From Psammoneis japonica (taxonomy: Eukaryota): a stretch of 64,000 nt of DNA. The notes under the pieces are model-generated. The model did not search any database, was not told where the DNA came from, and saw only the letters and a list, made by a program, of their open reading frames with translations. Both the position numbers and the translations under genes were made by a program. Where the stretch lies: NCBI GenBank assembly GCA_008632985.1, contig QPGO01000297.1:1-64000 (forward strand), given 5' to 3'. Positions 24,206-36,950 of this stretch are shown here, in pieces. Each line of letters begins with the position of its first letter. Position 1 is the first letter of the stretch.

Positions 24206-25371
24206 ATGGGCAAGAAAAGCAGACGCAACAGGGCGAGAGGCCAGGGGAAATCTACCGGCACTTGCAAACGCGTTCCACTCGAAGAAGTCGATGATGACAC
24301 TTTGAGGCGCATGACGGAGCTCCTTGTCGTCCTGAAATCAACGACCGATCAAATGAGTTTGTTGGCAGCAGTGAATGGCATTTATTCTGCCACTCATGTT
24401 GGCAACGAAGGCACTCCCACCTCAGAGATCTGCGCGGGTGACACTGAAGGCGATCGCGCATCACGGGCTCTTGTCAAAGTCGGCGGTGTTGAGGCGATTA
24501 TCTCCTTCATGCATGAAAATCAACGCACTGCATTGGCAGGCTTGTTTGGTTCGTGTTGCTGCATCCTCAGCCGTGTTTCTGTTTCGGCTCGTGAGGAGTG
24601 CAGCCGAGCAATTGTCCAATCCGGTGGGATTCCGATTGTGCTCGGCACTTTTCGCATCTTCATTAAGAAGTTCAGGGGGGAGGATGGGGGCGTGTATACT
24701 TGCAGATCGGCAATCTCAACAAATCACGCGCTCGACATTTTGTGCAGAGATTGGCTGAACAGCACGTGACTGAAATCCTGCAGGCCGATGGGATCAAAGC
24801 TGTTCTTTCGGTTCTCAAGAACATTTGGCCCGCCGAAAACGCCCCACTAGTATGGTGCCAGGCGATGAAGGTGTTATATCACATTGTCGTGTCAAGTTTC
24901 AAAAATGAAAATGCTCAGCTCCCTTCCATAGCGTCGCAAAAAATCGCGGCCTGCGGCGGCATCCCCACCATTGTGGCACGCATGAAGGATTGCCCCGATT
25001 CTGAAACAATGCAGGGTAGTGGAAGGTACTTGGTAACAGTGTTATGCGATGTTTCAGTTGGTGGTGACCCGTCCGCAGTTCTTGCTGCCGGTGGGGACGA
25101 GGTCATTCGTATGGCCCTCGAGCGCAATGAACAAGAGGCGGCCCCAAGTCCTTCTCTCCGGGAAAGCCTTGCAACTGCGATTGGGTTCATGAACGATGTT
25201 GTTCCTCAGTGTCGCAACTGCGGTAGGCAATCTAAAGACATGATGGTGTGTGACCGTTGCAACACTGCTTGGTACTGCAACAAAAAATGCTTTGAGAGTG
25301 ATTGGCAGAATCACAAGGCTGCGTGTAAGGCTGCAAGGTGGAAGCCGAAGGCTATCGTTGAGGTGGATTGA
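24206..25371 (+). pseudogene. ARM-like repeat + C-terminal MYND zinc-finger protein, frameshifted near 24745
   Basis: MYND motif CRNC..MMVCDRCNTAWYCNKKCFESDWQNHKAAC, and GGIPIVL / GGIPTIV ARM-like repeats. Two overlapping ORFs join if a 'ga' in tgcagagattgg is removed. Could be an assembly error. Confidence 0.65.
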
Positions 25372-26148
25372 TTCATGGTATGTCAGAGGAAAAGTTGTGT
25401 TTGTGATGATTTGTCTTCCCCATGTGGAATGGCGCGATGGTGAAGGAAGAATCGATGTGTTGAGACGTCCCGGCACGAATTGTAGAATCGTTTCATTTGC
25501 TTGGAGCTCGTGACTCGTCGGAAAAGCCGAGCTGAGGAGATGTCAAAAAGAGAATTTACTTGGGTTTGTTTCTATCGGTGAGCTCGGTGTCATATCGCTT
25601 TCATGCTTCGAGCTAGTGTAGATATCTAGAAAGAAACGCACCAAAGCTATCTTCTTTTTCTCTTGTCATACAAGCCATCCTAGATTCTTTACTTGCACTT
25701 AGTTATTTGGAAGTAATCTGCTACCTGTACAGTAGAATCCGGTTCGAATCGAAACCGGAAGAGGTTCACGTCCACCTGTTTGTCTTCCTTTTAGGACTTT
25801 GCCACATCGTACGGTGTCGTTATGTAATGTCTTCTCTCTACTTTTTCATAACATTTAACTTTTCACTGTTGTTTTTACAATTTTGAAGCGACAACCTCGC
25901 CTCACATGAGAGAAAACTCTTTGAGCAGGTGTCGACCATGTTGCTCTCCGATGCAAAACGGAACCAGATAGGCCTGAACCCTGAACGATTCGTTGGAGAA
26001 TGCAGAAGCTGCAAATAATGGCTGCTTGGCTGCGGGCATTGGCCGCCATCCTTTAACTATTCAAGTTATACGTCAAACCAAGCAGCACCGAAACGTCTTG
26101 TTCGGTGTGGATTGACACTTTAGTTCTTTCTATTTTAAATGTCATTAT

Positions 26149-27970
26149 CTATTGCAGTGCATTCATTTCCTTAAGCTCCTTCATTAACGACAGCTGTAAT
26201 GTGACGGGCGCATTCGTGTTGGCGGCAATGGTTCCGCTGGCCGCGACACCTGGGAGTCCGATACCCGGGAAAGAGCTATCCCCACAAGCATAGATATTTT
26301 CAATTGGAGTCATTGCACCTGCCAGTTGCCAAGCGTCCTTACCAGGATTGACTCCCGAATAGTTCCCTTGTAGCGCTGGTTGTACCTTCGATGTGTCAAG
26401 GCAGCACCAATCAATGACTACGACACTACCTGGTTGCTTCGCTCGTTCTCGAACATCGGGAATGACGCACTCAACAGCTTTCCATGATGCCTCGGCCTTC
26501 TGAGCCTTGAGTTCTTCACAACCTTCTTTCTTGTTGCAGGCTTGAGAAGTGCCAGAGTTTGGACTGGAGCCAACTTTTCCAGTCTCGTCCTGAAACTGCA
26601 CCCAGCAGGCATGTGCAATGTGACAGCCTCTGGGAGCGAGACTTTCGTCGACGACTGTTGGAATGGAAATGATGGACATGTTTTGTTCATCAGTCACAGG
26701 ATGGTCAAAATTCAAAACCGAATGGTGGCATTCCAGTTCTGGCAGCCCTTTGCTGGGAATGCCCAGGTGCAGATGTGAACAAAGATCTCGTGCAGCTCAT
26801 TTCATCCACTTGTGTTTCTGAATTTTGTGGCGCACCTTTGTTGTCGGGTTCTCAGCACCATCTAGATTGACTGAGTCTTTTAGAATTCATTCACAACTCC
26901 GAAGAGGTGCATTGCTGACAACTCCATGCTTGGCCTTGATCTTGGTGCCGTCCGACAACATCACTCCAATGCAACTTGGTTTCTCTGATTCTTCATCAAA
27001 CAAGAATCACTCAACTCTGCCATTTGTGCGCAGCTCCCCACCATGATTCTTCACTCCCTTGACAAGTGCTTGCATGAGAGAATCCATTCCACCCATGGGA
27101 TGGTCCAAAATGGCACCCCGCTTGTGCAGGCCGGACATCATGCATGCGACTGGAGCTCCTTGTGTGTTGGAAGCATCCACTCCAGAGAGGGCAAGGCCAA
27201 GCAGTTGAACCATTTGCAAAGAAAGGGGTCCTTAAGATCACATGGGTCAGCCACATTTGCAAACAGGCCAGTGAGAAGCAAACCCTTGGTTTTCAATGCT
27301 CGTCAATTTGAGCGGGCACTGAAACATGGAAATCACAGCTCCAATCCCCCCCCACGAAGAGCAAAAGGAGGAATGTAAGCAAACACTTGAGCCAGCCCAC
27401 CCTCTCCCAACATTTCATTTCTGAACTTTTCAAATGCCTTTTGAGGCTCCGGTCCTGCCTCTTCTTCAACGGCATTTTCAAAGTCACCACTGTCTCCTGC
27501 TGTCATCTTAAATGCCTTGCTGTCTGCACAGTGGCAGGTCAACCAGCCATCACATTGTTTCTGGTCAACATCATTCATGGCTCCAATTGCATCCAGCACC
27601 TGTTGCAAAGGGTTTGTGCTCTTGGGTGACAATCCAGTGATCAGCGACAGGCCAGAATCAAAATGAAACAGAACATTGTTCTGGAAGTGGTGCTGCACAT
27701 GGAAAAGGAATGAGCTGCACCACTGGGTGTGTTGTGTGCCCAGAAGCAGACAGCTTCAAAGCCACACTTGGATGTCAGAGCACCACAATGCAACCCACTG
27801 AAACCAGCATCAACCACAATTGCATCCACCACCTCTTCATCCAGGCTCTCATTTGATGCAGAAAGCCAAGATGGAAATGAGTGGCTCCACCTTTGTTTTG
27901 GCAGCACAAACTCCTTGACAGAAAGAACAGCCAGCACAAACCCCAGACACCTCTGCAATGTTGTCAACAT
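26149..27970 (-). pseudogene. Carotenoid isomerase / phytoene-desaturase-like FAD oxidoreductase, copy 1 (3' end normal in composition, 5' part hypermutated)
   Basis: VDAIVVDAGFSGLHCG (degenerate GxGxxG), HNTPSGAAHSF, FDSGLSL, PMGGMDSLMQAL and YACGDSSFPGIGLPGVAASG, plus a signal-peptide-like N-terminus. Has stops and frameshifts. Confidence 0.8.
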
Positions 27971-30153
27971 TCCTTTCCTTTGACAAGAAAGATGCAGATG
28001 TTCGTGTGTCCTTTTTGTGATCAATCCGTCTGTGTGGTGCGATGCTGGCAAAAGACTTTGTTGTTTTTCTTTTTAAAAAGGAGACAGGAGAGAAAAAAAG
28101 AGTGACATCTTTGTCATTCATTTGTGTGCTGGCTGCAACTGAAGAAACCAATTGTTCAGCCTGGTGTTGGTGTGACATCTAGACCCACAAGCCAAGAACA
28201 TTTTTGCAACACCATGTGGCTCAGATTTGCACCATGACCTGTCCACACCATGCAAATGCAGCCAAGTGCTGTTCACCAAATGACACTTCAATTGATTTCC
28301 CAAGAAGTTGACAATCAAACACAAGTTGACAGACAGACTGACAACAATTGTTTGTGGTGCTCTCCTGTGCAACCTCTGTGCAACAACTCTGAGAGCCACA
28401 ATGATTGCCAACCCTCACCCCAACAATCATCGTGAATGTCTTGGCTGCAAGTCTTCCTCAACAAGCAACACATTTCAGATGCAATTTGCCTTTGAGCCAA
28501 CAGCAACATCCAGAGGAACTGAGCTCTTTTGTGTTGTTCCCACTGCAGTGGCTGCTGTCAGGGCCTTTGTTGGGGGGGCCTTTTCTCACTGAAAAGGAGT
28601 GCCAAACTCCATTCTGTGGCATCTGTCCGCTGTGTGACCCCTGAAGTTTCAACATGCAGAGACTTCACATCCAGCAATGCAAGTTGAAACTGTCAAACAA
28701 GATTCTTTGCCTGTGGATGATCTCATTGGATTCTTGTCCACATTGGAGGCATTCCATTTCATGGTCTCCTTGTGTGCACCATTGTTTTGCCCTTGGCAAG
28801 TTTCATTCTGGCCTTCTGCTTTCTTTCCTTGGCATTTCCAGATGGCAGTGGAAAATTGTGAATGAGTTTCACTCTGGTCTTTGTGACCTGCATGGTTGCG
28901 GCCCAAGTGACCAGCAAGTGGTTCTTGCCAACAGAAGATGGGCAGGGTTGTCCTCTTTTTCTGGTTTGACTCATCTTTGTTCATTGACAGTGGCCAGTCT
29001 GTTGGTTTGACGAAAGCTGCAATCGTGCCACCTGAATTCACAACACTTCTGGCAGGTGTCTTTGTTGTCTTGCTCAGGCAGCATGCTGCAGTGCCACTTT
29101 TCAACCTTCTCATCTTTTTAAAACATGGCAGGTTTGTGCCATTTTGTTTTTGCACTGTGTCTGTCAGAGGAACATTTTTGTGTTGCAGCATTTCTTCCCA
29201 CACAAAGTTGTTTGGAGGAAGACACAAAGCACGCTGGCAACAACAGATGTGTTTTCATCCTGGGTGAGAAACTTTTGGACACATCACGAGGTTTTCTACG
29301 TGTTTCTACATGAGACGTACATTTAGCACCAAAAATCTTAGTAAAAAACGAGCTCCATGACAGCAAAAATATATTTTTCCATGTCTCGAACCACAAACCA
29401 CAATTCGCGCAAACCGAAAATGGCACCATGCCGTCGCCATGAACTCGTCCATTCTTACACCAACGGATGTTGTGACTGAGAAGGTGAGAATGCCGAGACA
29501 GGTCAATGAGACAACGCTCAGTGCGATGATGTGGTTGAAAATTTGATCTTTGTTTTTTGTTGTGCCTCATGGATGGCCTTTTGACTCATGACATTTTTGA
29601 TGCCTCTTTCTCTCTTCCTCAGCTTGCGAAGTAGGATTCTCATCAACGCGCTGCTCCATCTGCTTGACACCGGACACTGACAACAAAGAATGTTTCTATG
29701 ACACGTTGCTGTGATTCTTATGGTGCATCGTCCGCACTTTGAGTCGTCATGGACGATGCTTTTGGGTCGCGCGACAACATCAGATTTCGCTGCCGACAAG
29801 AGAATCGTTGTGTGTTCGGTTTTGAGGGTGTGTGAGGATAAAGAATCTCAGATGCAAGTGTGATAGTTTCATTGTTGTAAAGCAGAACAATGCCATTAGC
29901 GACATCTTAGTGTTGCAGCCATTTCATTTTATTCTAAGACAGAACTGGTCATTTTGAGCGGTGAAATTTTGTCAACATTTCATCTTTAACTCTGCTTGGG
30001 CATGTCAAATCACACAATGACCAGACACACATTGAACTTTGATGCTGCCATTTCAATCCCATTGTTTCACTCACTCAAGCATCCCACACAGGTCGACAAA
30101 TCAGTCGATCTTTGAAATGGCCGATCGCGCAAAAAAATCACGTGCGAAGTCAG

Positions 30154-30458
30154 TTCCCCCGATTTTTCTTGTGCAAACAATGGAGTTAGAACGCCGTTCT
30201 TTTTTGGTGTGAGCTCTTTGTACAATGAACAATGCACACATTCTTTCAAAGCAGTCAGATTCGGTGAAAGAAACAGTGGAACAGTCTCTCAAATGCACCA
30301 GAATGACAACAACGAGCAGACAGCTGTCAGTTTCACTCCAAAAAATGCCGCTTTTGAGACAGCGCTTTTCTTGCACGCACCCTTCAACCAATGAGAATGA
30401 CGGCTGGCTTTTCAAAATAAACATGTCTGTGGAAAGAAGAAACAAAAAATCGGGGGAA
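30154..30458. mobile_element. Possible MITE bounded by a 14-bp perfect inverted repeat
   Basis: ttcccccgattttt (30154-30167) and aaaaatcgggggaa (30445-30458). No clear TSD. Confidence 0.4.
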
Positions 30459-30903
30459 AGTCCAGTCAGATTTGCTCGCACAAAAAGCACGGCGATGGAA
30501 AAGGGACAGACGAAACGTCTCACCTCCGTGTGCGCGTTTCTCACCTGGGATGAAAACACATCAACATGACTTGTTTGAAAGACAGTCATTTGCAGCCCCA
30601 ACTTGGCATGAGCCAAAAAGTCTGGCCTGAAGAAGTGCCCACAGTGCCGCAGCCTCAGGGCACTGCCTTTCAACAGGGTCTCACCAGCTGGGGCAGATGA
30701 TGGCACGGCTTGTTCTCTTCTGTTCATTTTGCAGATCTTTGTTGTCAAATTTGAAACAAACCAAGGAACAGTGCACAGTTCCATTGAAGTTGTCTGGCCC
30801 AAAAAGGAAAAAAGTCCAAATGATTGACTCTCTCTGGCATGTGGTGAGCCACGGCAACTGTGCACCACAATGTGGCAAATTTGTTGGAGAGAGGTGAGAA
30901 AGG

Positions 30904-31960
30904 GTGACAGCCATCAGTGGGATGAGGGAATCCATGGGTTGCAACCAGACTCAATGCTGCCACAATGGGGCTTGCCTCCTTGGGGCCATGGGCATCCCCA
31001 CAGCCAACAAAAGGTTTGCTGCACACCTTTTGAGTGCAAGAGGGGATCCCATTCATTTGCAACCAAATGGAGCACAAGACCATCAGATGTCTCATCTGCC
31101 AGTCAGACACATTGACACTGGAGTGTTGGTTCCAACAGCTGTTGGGGGCATCCAGCTGGGCAGTCTGAAAACAGAAGGTGATGCACTGACAGCTTGCAGC
31201 CCAGCCATCTCATCTCACTCTCCTCTTTCCCAATCAAGACAAGTGCCTGCAATCCAAGCACCCCCTGGACTCTTTCAATCAACTGCAGTCCACTTGCAAT
31301 CCCAAATGTCCCCTCCAATGTCTTTGCCCTGTGGGCTGGTCACCACCAATGGAGCAACAACAACAAAAACAACCAACCCTCACCTTCCCCCCCCTGCGAA
31401 TGCATTCCATCCTCCAATCTGGGTGTCGCCACTTGCAACAAGAATTGCAGCGGCGGTCTGTCTGTGCAGTTGTTTCTGTGCATGTTTTGTGCTTTCATCT
31501 GTCCCACTCTGTGGCCTTGCAACTGTTGAGGCTTTCAACACCAAGGCACTCTGTCATGGGGACATCAAGCCTGAGAACATGATGCTTGCAACAGGTGAGA
31601 AAAGGTTGGTCATTGCAATTGATTTTGGATCATCAGCCAAATGTGGGAATGCCTTGACATCCACAACACTGGGCTTTGGCTCAGATCTTCCCCCCAAGGC
31701 TTCACTTTCCTGTGATTTGGCATGCCTTGTGACAGGGTGGAATCTGCCACCAATGGTGCTTGACTTGTGACAACAAATTGCGGGGATGCCGTCCCTGTCC
31801 CCAGCCCTGCATGTTGCAAATCTTTGCCTGTCAAACCACAATGACATCAATTTGATCTGGAGAAATGCAACAACTTCTTTGGAAGGTGTTCAAGATGGCA
31901 ACATTGATGGCTCCCTGCTCGTTGCGCATGAGTCCTTGCAGCCAGTCAGGGAACAACAGG
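30904..31960 (+). pseudogene. Decayed protein kinase gene
   Basis: HGDIKPENMML catalytic loop and IDFGSS. The 288-aa ORF has no Tyr and lies in a TpA/CpG-depleted domain. Confidence 0.6.
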
Positions 31961-32493
31961 GGTGAGAGATGGGTGCATGCCGGTGCCAGTGAGTTGTGGA
32001 CAGGCAGTCAGTGACAACACTGTTGATGAACAAAAGCTTGTTTCACACGGGTCTGTTGTGCTGTGTCATTGGAAAGAATGAATGACTCAATGCTTCAGTG
32101 GCTTGCAGTCCATCTGCCTGAGCGGGCTTTGACGATGCCTGCAGCAACAGCTGGAGCACATTGCACCAAGCAGTTGCCAAGAATGACAATGAAGACTGCA
32201 TCAGCAACTCACTGCCCAAGCATGCCCAGGGAGCTTGGAGCAGAGTGTCTCACCCCTGTTGGAGCCATGTGTGCAATCCTGTGTGCAGAGTGTGGTTTTC
32301 CGTGGCTTGTGGCTGTTGTGCGATGTGCCAATGACCAAAGCTGCTTTTTCTTGTCATCTCTTTATTTCTTCTTTTGCTGAAGATCTTTTCTTGGGACTTT
32401 TTTTTTTAGTTGGAGTTGTGCATTCAAACAGTGTTGAGGTGAAACAAAAGAGAAGAGCACCAAGGAGAACAAGAAAGAAGCACTCCATCATTG

Positions 32494-34860
32494 TCTGTTG
32501 AAGTGCACTCATTTTCTTGAGCTCTTTCATTGGCGACAGCTGTTGCAATGGTGTTGGTGGCAATGGCTCCACTGGCCGCAACACCTGGGAGTCCATGACA
32601 CCTGGGAGTCCACGACACCTGGGAGTCCACGACACCTGGGAAAGAGCTGTCCCACAAGCACAAAGATTTGCAACTGGACTCGTTGCACCTGTCAGTTCCC
32701 AAATGTCCTTGCCAGGATTGACTCCCAGACTGCAGGTTCCCTTGTGTCACTGGTTGTGCCTTTGATGTGTCAAGGGAGTGCCAATCAATTCGACACTGCC
32801 TTGTCACTTTGCTTGTTCTCAAACATCAGGAATGACACACAGAGTTTGGGCTGGAGCCAACTTTTCCAATCTTGTCCTGAAACTGCACCCACTCGTCAAA
32901 GCCATCACTGGCAGCCATGTGGGCAAATGCAATGTGACAGCCTTTGGGCGAGACTTTTGTCAAAATTTGTCAGAATGGAGACAATGGACATGTTTTGCTT
33001 GTCATTCATGGGGTGGTCAAAATTCAAAACTGAGCTGTGGCATTCCAGCTCTGGCAGCCCTTCTTTGGGAATGCCCAGGTGCAGATGCACACAAAGCTTC
33101 TCTTGCAGCTCATTTCATCTGCTTGTTTCTGAATTTTGTGGCACGCCTTTGTTGTTGGGTTCTCAGCATTGTCCAGATTGACCAGGTCTTTCAAAATCCA
33201 TGTGCAGCTCCAAAGAGGGGAATTGCTGACAAGGCTGACAACTCCATTCTTGGCCTTGAGCTTGGCACTGTCCAACAACTCCACTCCAATGCAACCTGGT
33301 TTCTTTGATTGTTCGTCAAAGCAACAATGACCTTTTGGCTCTGCCATTTTCATGCAGCTCCCTGCTGTGATTCTCCATTCCCTTGACAAGTGCTTGCATG
33401 AGAGCATCCATTCCACCCATTGGACAGTCCAAAACCATCCCCAGCTTGTGCAGATTTGACACATCATTTGCGCAACCAGAGCTCCTTGTGTGTTGGAAGC
33501 ATCCACTCACAAGAGAGGGCAAAGGCCAAGCCATTGAAAATCATTTGCAACAAAAGGGGTCATCCTTGTGTTCATGCAGGTGCATTGCATTTTTAACAGG
33601 GCCAGTTAGAAGCAGACCCTTGGCTCCAATGCTCGTCAATTTGAGTGGGTGCTGAAACACGGAAATCACAGCTCTAACCACCCACTGAGAGCAAAAGGAG
33701 GGATGCAAGCCAACACTTGATGCAGTCCACCCTCTCCCAACATTTCATTTCCAAACCTTTCAAATGCGGCCCTTCAAGATTCCGGCCCTGCTTTTTGTTT
33801 TCATTGGCCTTTTCAAAGTCACCGCCATCTCCTGCTGTCATTTTAAATGATGTGTTGCTGTCTGCACAGTTGCAGATCAACCAGCTTGCATCATTTCCTG
33901 TTGACATTGTTTGCAGCTCCAACTGCATCCAGCACATGATGCAACAGAGCATCCTTGGAAGCGGTGCTGAGTCTGGAAAGGGCCCATCCTTTTTTCCAAA
34001 ATGTCCTTTTTTTTTGCTGTTGGCAAGCCCAATGTTTGCATGTGGACATTGACGTGTGTCACATTTGGCAACCAATGTCAATGCATCATGCATTCATGCC
34101 ATTGCAACAATTGGAAAATGTGTGTTGTTTGTGTGTGCATGGGAGCAGTTTGATGATGACAACTCAAATTCTTTTCCACTGCTTGTCAAAACACAATGAC
34201 AGCGGCGACCGCAAATGCAATGCGCTCCATCAACAACCACAACCTCAACATCACACTGACATGTGTCAACATTTTGCAATCAGTTTCATGTGCACATGCC
34301 TTGCTGTGCTTTGAAATTGATTGATCGCATTGAAAACAGCTGAAACATTCAATTTTTTGCCCGTCGCTTTTTGACTGCACACAAGGCTGCAGCAGTGCAC
34401 CAACAGCAAGCTTCTTGCACTGAAACTGAGTCATGCTTCAGTGGCAGGGCCGGCAGCAAATAAAAAGGTGATTTGGCAGAAAAAAAACAACTCTCAGTGG
34501 AAAGGGGGTGAGGAGCTGTGCCACTGGGTGCATCACATGCTTTGTGATGGTGTGACAAAATCACTGGTCAATCTCATGTTGCATGAGGCACCAGCTCTGT
34601 CAAAGACAGGAAGCACGGTGCACCTCTTTTTGCTCCTGTTTTCATTGCCAAGCCGACAGTCTTAAAGCCACACTTGATTGAACATGAGGACAGCGCCACA
34701 AGACAAAAAACCATCAAAACTGGCACCAATCACAATCACATCCACCGCCTCCTCCTCCTTGCTCTTGTCTGGTGCAGAAAGCTGAGATGGAGACGAGCGG
34801 CTCCACTTTTGCTTGGGCAGTGCAAACTCCTTGACAGAAAGCACAGCACCAATGCAAACC
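32494..34860 (-). pseudogene. Carotenoid isomerase-like gene, copy 2, fully hypermutated, with an insertion at ~33950-34430; its 5' end and upstream region are displaced to ~37305-37490
   Basis: Collinear alignment with 26149-27940. 37305-37490 aligns with 27945-28130. Confidence 0.8.
32581..32641. repeat. 17-bp tandem repeat, about 3.6 copies (acacctgggagtccayg)
   Basis: Read directly. Copy 1 of the gene has a single unit at ~26246-26270. Confidence 0.85.
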
Positions 34861-35702
34861 CCACAGTCACATCAGAGCATGCATTGCAGTGGTTTCCACT
34901 TTCCTTTGTAAATTTTTTAATGTGGGTTGTAAAAATTGTCAACAGTGAGAATTTAAAAAATGCTGGCAAAAGTGCTCAACAAAATGCAGCTGTTTTGTGC
35001 ATTTCATTTGATGTCTCATCAACTTTTCTTGCATGAGCTTCAATCAAATGCGTGCAATGTTTGATTTAACAGGGATCGAAAACCACATTTTGTGATGCGT
35101 GGTGTGGTTTCCTTTTGATTGCAATCGATTTCAACTTGGTTCAAACTTTGTCCTCCTCACTCACGTGCGCGTGTCTTTGCACATGTGCAGTCTGCTGGAC
35201 ATGCAGTGCTTCATGCACACACGTGACCCACCTTCATTTTTCTTCGTTTCCCAGATTTGCACAGCCCGTTGGTCTGCGGCATTTTCAGCACATTTTTTAC
35301 ATGCGCATTTTTCTACACACTTCATGACAGTGCATCCTCTCCCCAAAATTTGAAAAACAAGAGCATGCACTGTTGTGACACACGTGGATCCTGCGTGTTG
35401 TTGCAAATCTGCAAATCAACAACCGGCCATGGCGGTGAAAGACATCACCCCATTGGCCGACAACGGCGGCTCAACATGTGGTGAAACCTGCTGTCCTTCT
35501 GGTTGGTCAAGATGGATTTTGATTCGGGCGCTGCTTGAGTTTCATGGTTGCAAGTGTGCTGTCACGAATCTGCTGCATCCAGAACACTGAGCTGCTGGCA
35601 TGTTGTTTTGTGCACGCACGTCACAAACTCACTTTTCTGCAGTGCTGGTGCAATTGTGCATGTCAGAGTTTTGCATCCAGAATCATCACAAGTTGCCACA
35701 AA

Positions 35703-36950
35703 TGACACTCTTCAAACAAGGCATGTGCAGAAAGAGGTTCATTGGTTTTTAATGCATTCACTGACAACGCATCTGTCTTCTCCAATTTCTACATCAACAT
35801 CCAGAAATGCTGCAGGTGGTGCTTGTTCCTGCAGCTCTCAGAATCACGCGCATGAAAAGTTCTTTGCTGTGTGTGACACTCTTCAAAAAAGGCATGCACA
35901 AAAAGAGCTTCATTTGTTTTTTATGTGTTCACTCATGTTGCACCCGTCTTCTCCAATTTCCACTTCCAGATCCAGAAAGACTGCCACCTTTGTGGCTTCA
36001 ATGGAACTTTCCAACATGGCATTCTGACCATTGCTGTCTTTTGCGCTTGCTGCTGTCATCTCCAAATTCAGACGTCTGGCTCGGCAATTGCTTCGGCTGT
36101 TTGTTCTCAAGAAGAAGCAACATTGCAAGTGCTGAAGGTGTGAACTGCACTTGATCACCAAATCAACAGCTCTGACACATGCTCTTGTTTCATCGTTGCC
36201 ATGTGAGTCAATGTTGGCTTGGTCTTGTCCATCCACTCCCCATTCAAGCTTCATTTCAGGAAGTTGACTCTTTGTGGCTGTGGTCTTTTGTGATTTGTGA
36301 CAGCAACAGGAGCCCCCGACACTGGAGACATTCTTCTGCTGTTGTCATCTTTTGCAGTGAGACGTGAGCTGTTGAGGTGTTCTTCTTCTCTGCATGTTTG
36401 AACAAAGCACGTCATTGCACTCAAGAACAGGCAACATTGCAAGCAGCCTTGTGAAGCAAGGCAAACTTGGTCATTGCAGCATGACGTCTTACACCGTGCA
36501 CCAGCATCCACATTGCTCCGGAATCAGCGGTGCCGGATGCACCGATGCACCGGCAAGTCTGTGTTGCGGTTCATGTCAGTTCATCTGCCTTGTGCTCTCA
36601 CAATGTGCTCCACACTTTTTGGCAATGAACAAGGTTGATGTCAGAGCAACAGCACTTCTGCTGCAAACTCGCCTGCTCCAGAATCAGCGGCGTCGGATGC
36701 ACTGGCAAGTCCATGTTGCCGCTCCTGTGTTCCACTCTTTTTGGCAATGAATGAGGTGGAACAGAGCAACGGCAATTCAAACAACATGGAACAGCAGCTC
36801 CTGCCACAAATTGGCCTACTCCAGAATCAGCAGCATGGGATTCACCGGTGAGTCTATGTTGCGGTTCCTGTTGGCAGTGTTGGTTCATCTGCACTGCACT
36901 CTCACAACACATTCTGCACTTTTTTGGAAATGAACAAAGTGGCTGCCAGC
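35703..36950. repeat. Decayed repeat-protein relic: two 171-bp-spaced units (35703, 35874) and three ~150-bp units (36518, 36677, 36821)
   Basis: tgacactcttcaaa..gtcttctccaattt..atccagaaa occurs twice, and cc(g/a)gaatcagc..ctttttgg(c/a)aatgaa occurs three times. Confidence 0.55.

Noticed and set aside
25738..25759. Imperfect palindrome tccggttcgaatcgaaaccgga containing GTTCGAATC
   Set aside because: No cloverleaf or A-box could be built around it, so it is not called as a tRNA.
32581..32641. CRISPR-like repeat
   Set aside because: Head-to-tail 17-bp units with no spacers, inside a pseudogene, and no cas genes.
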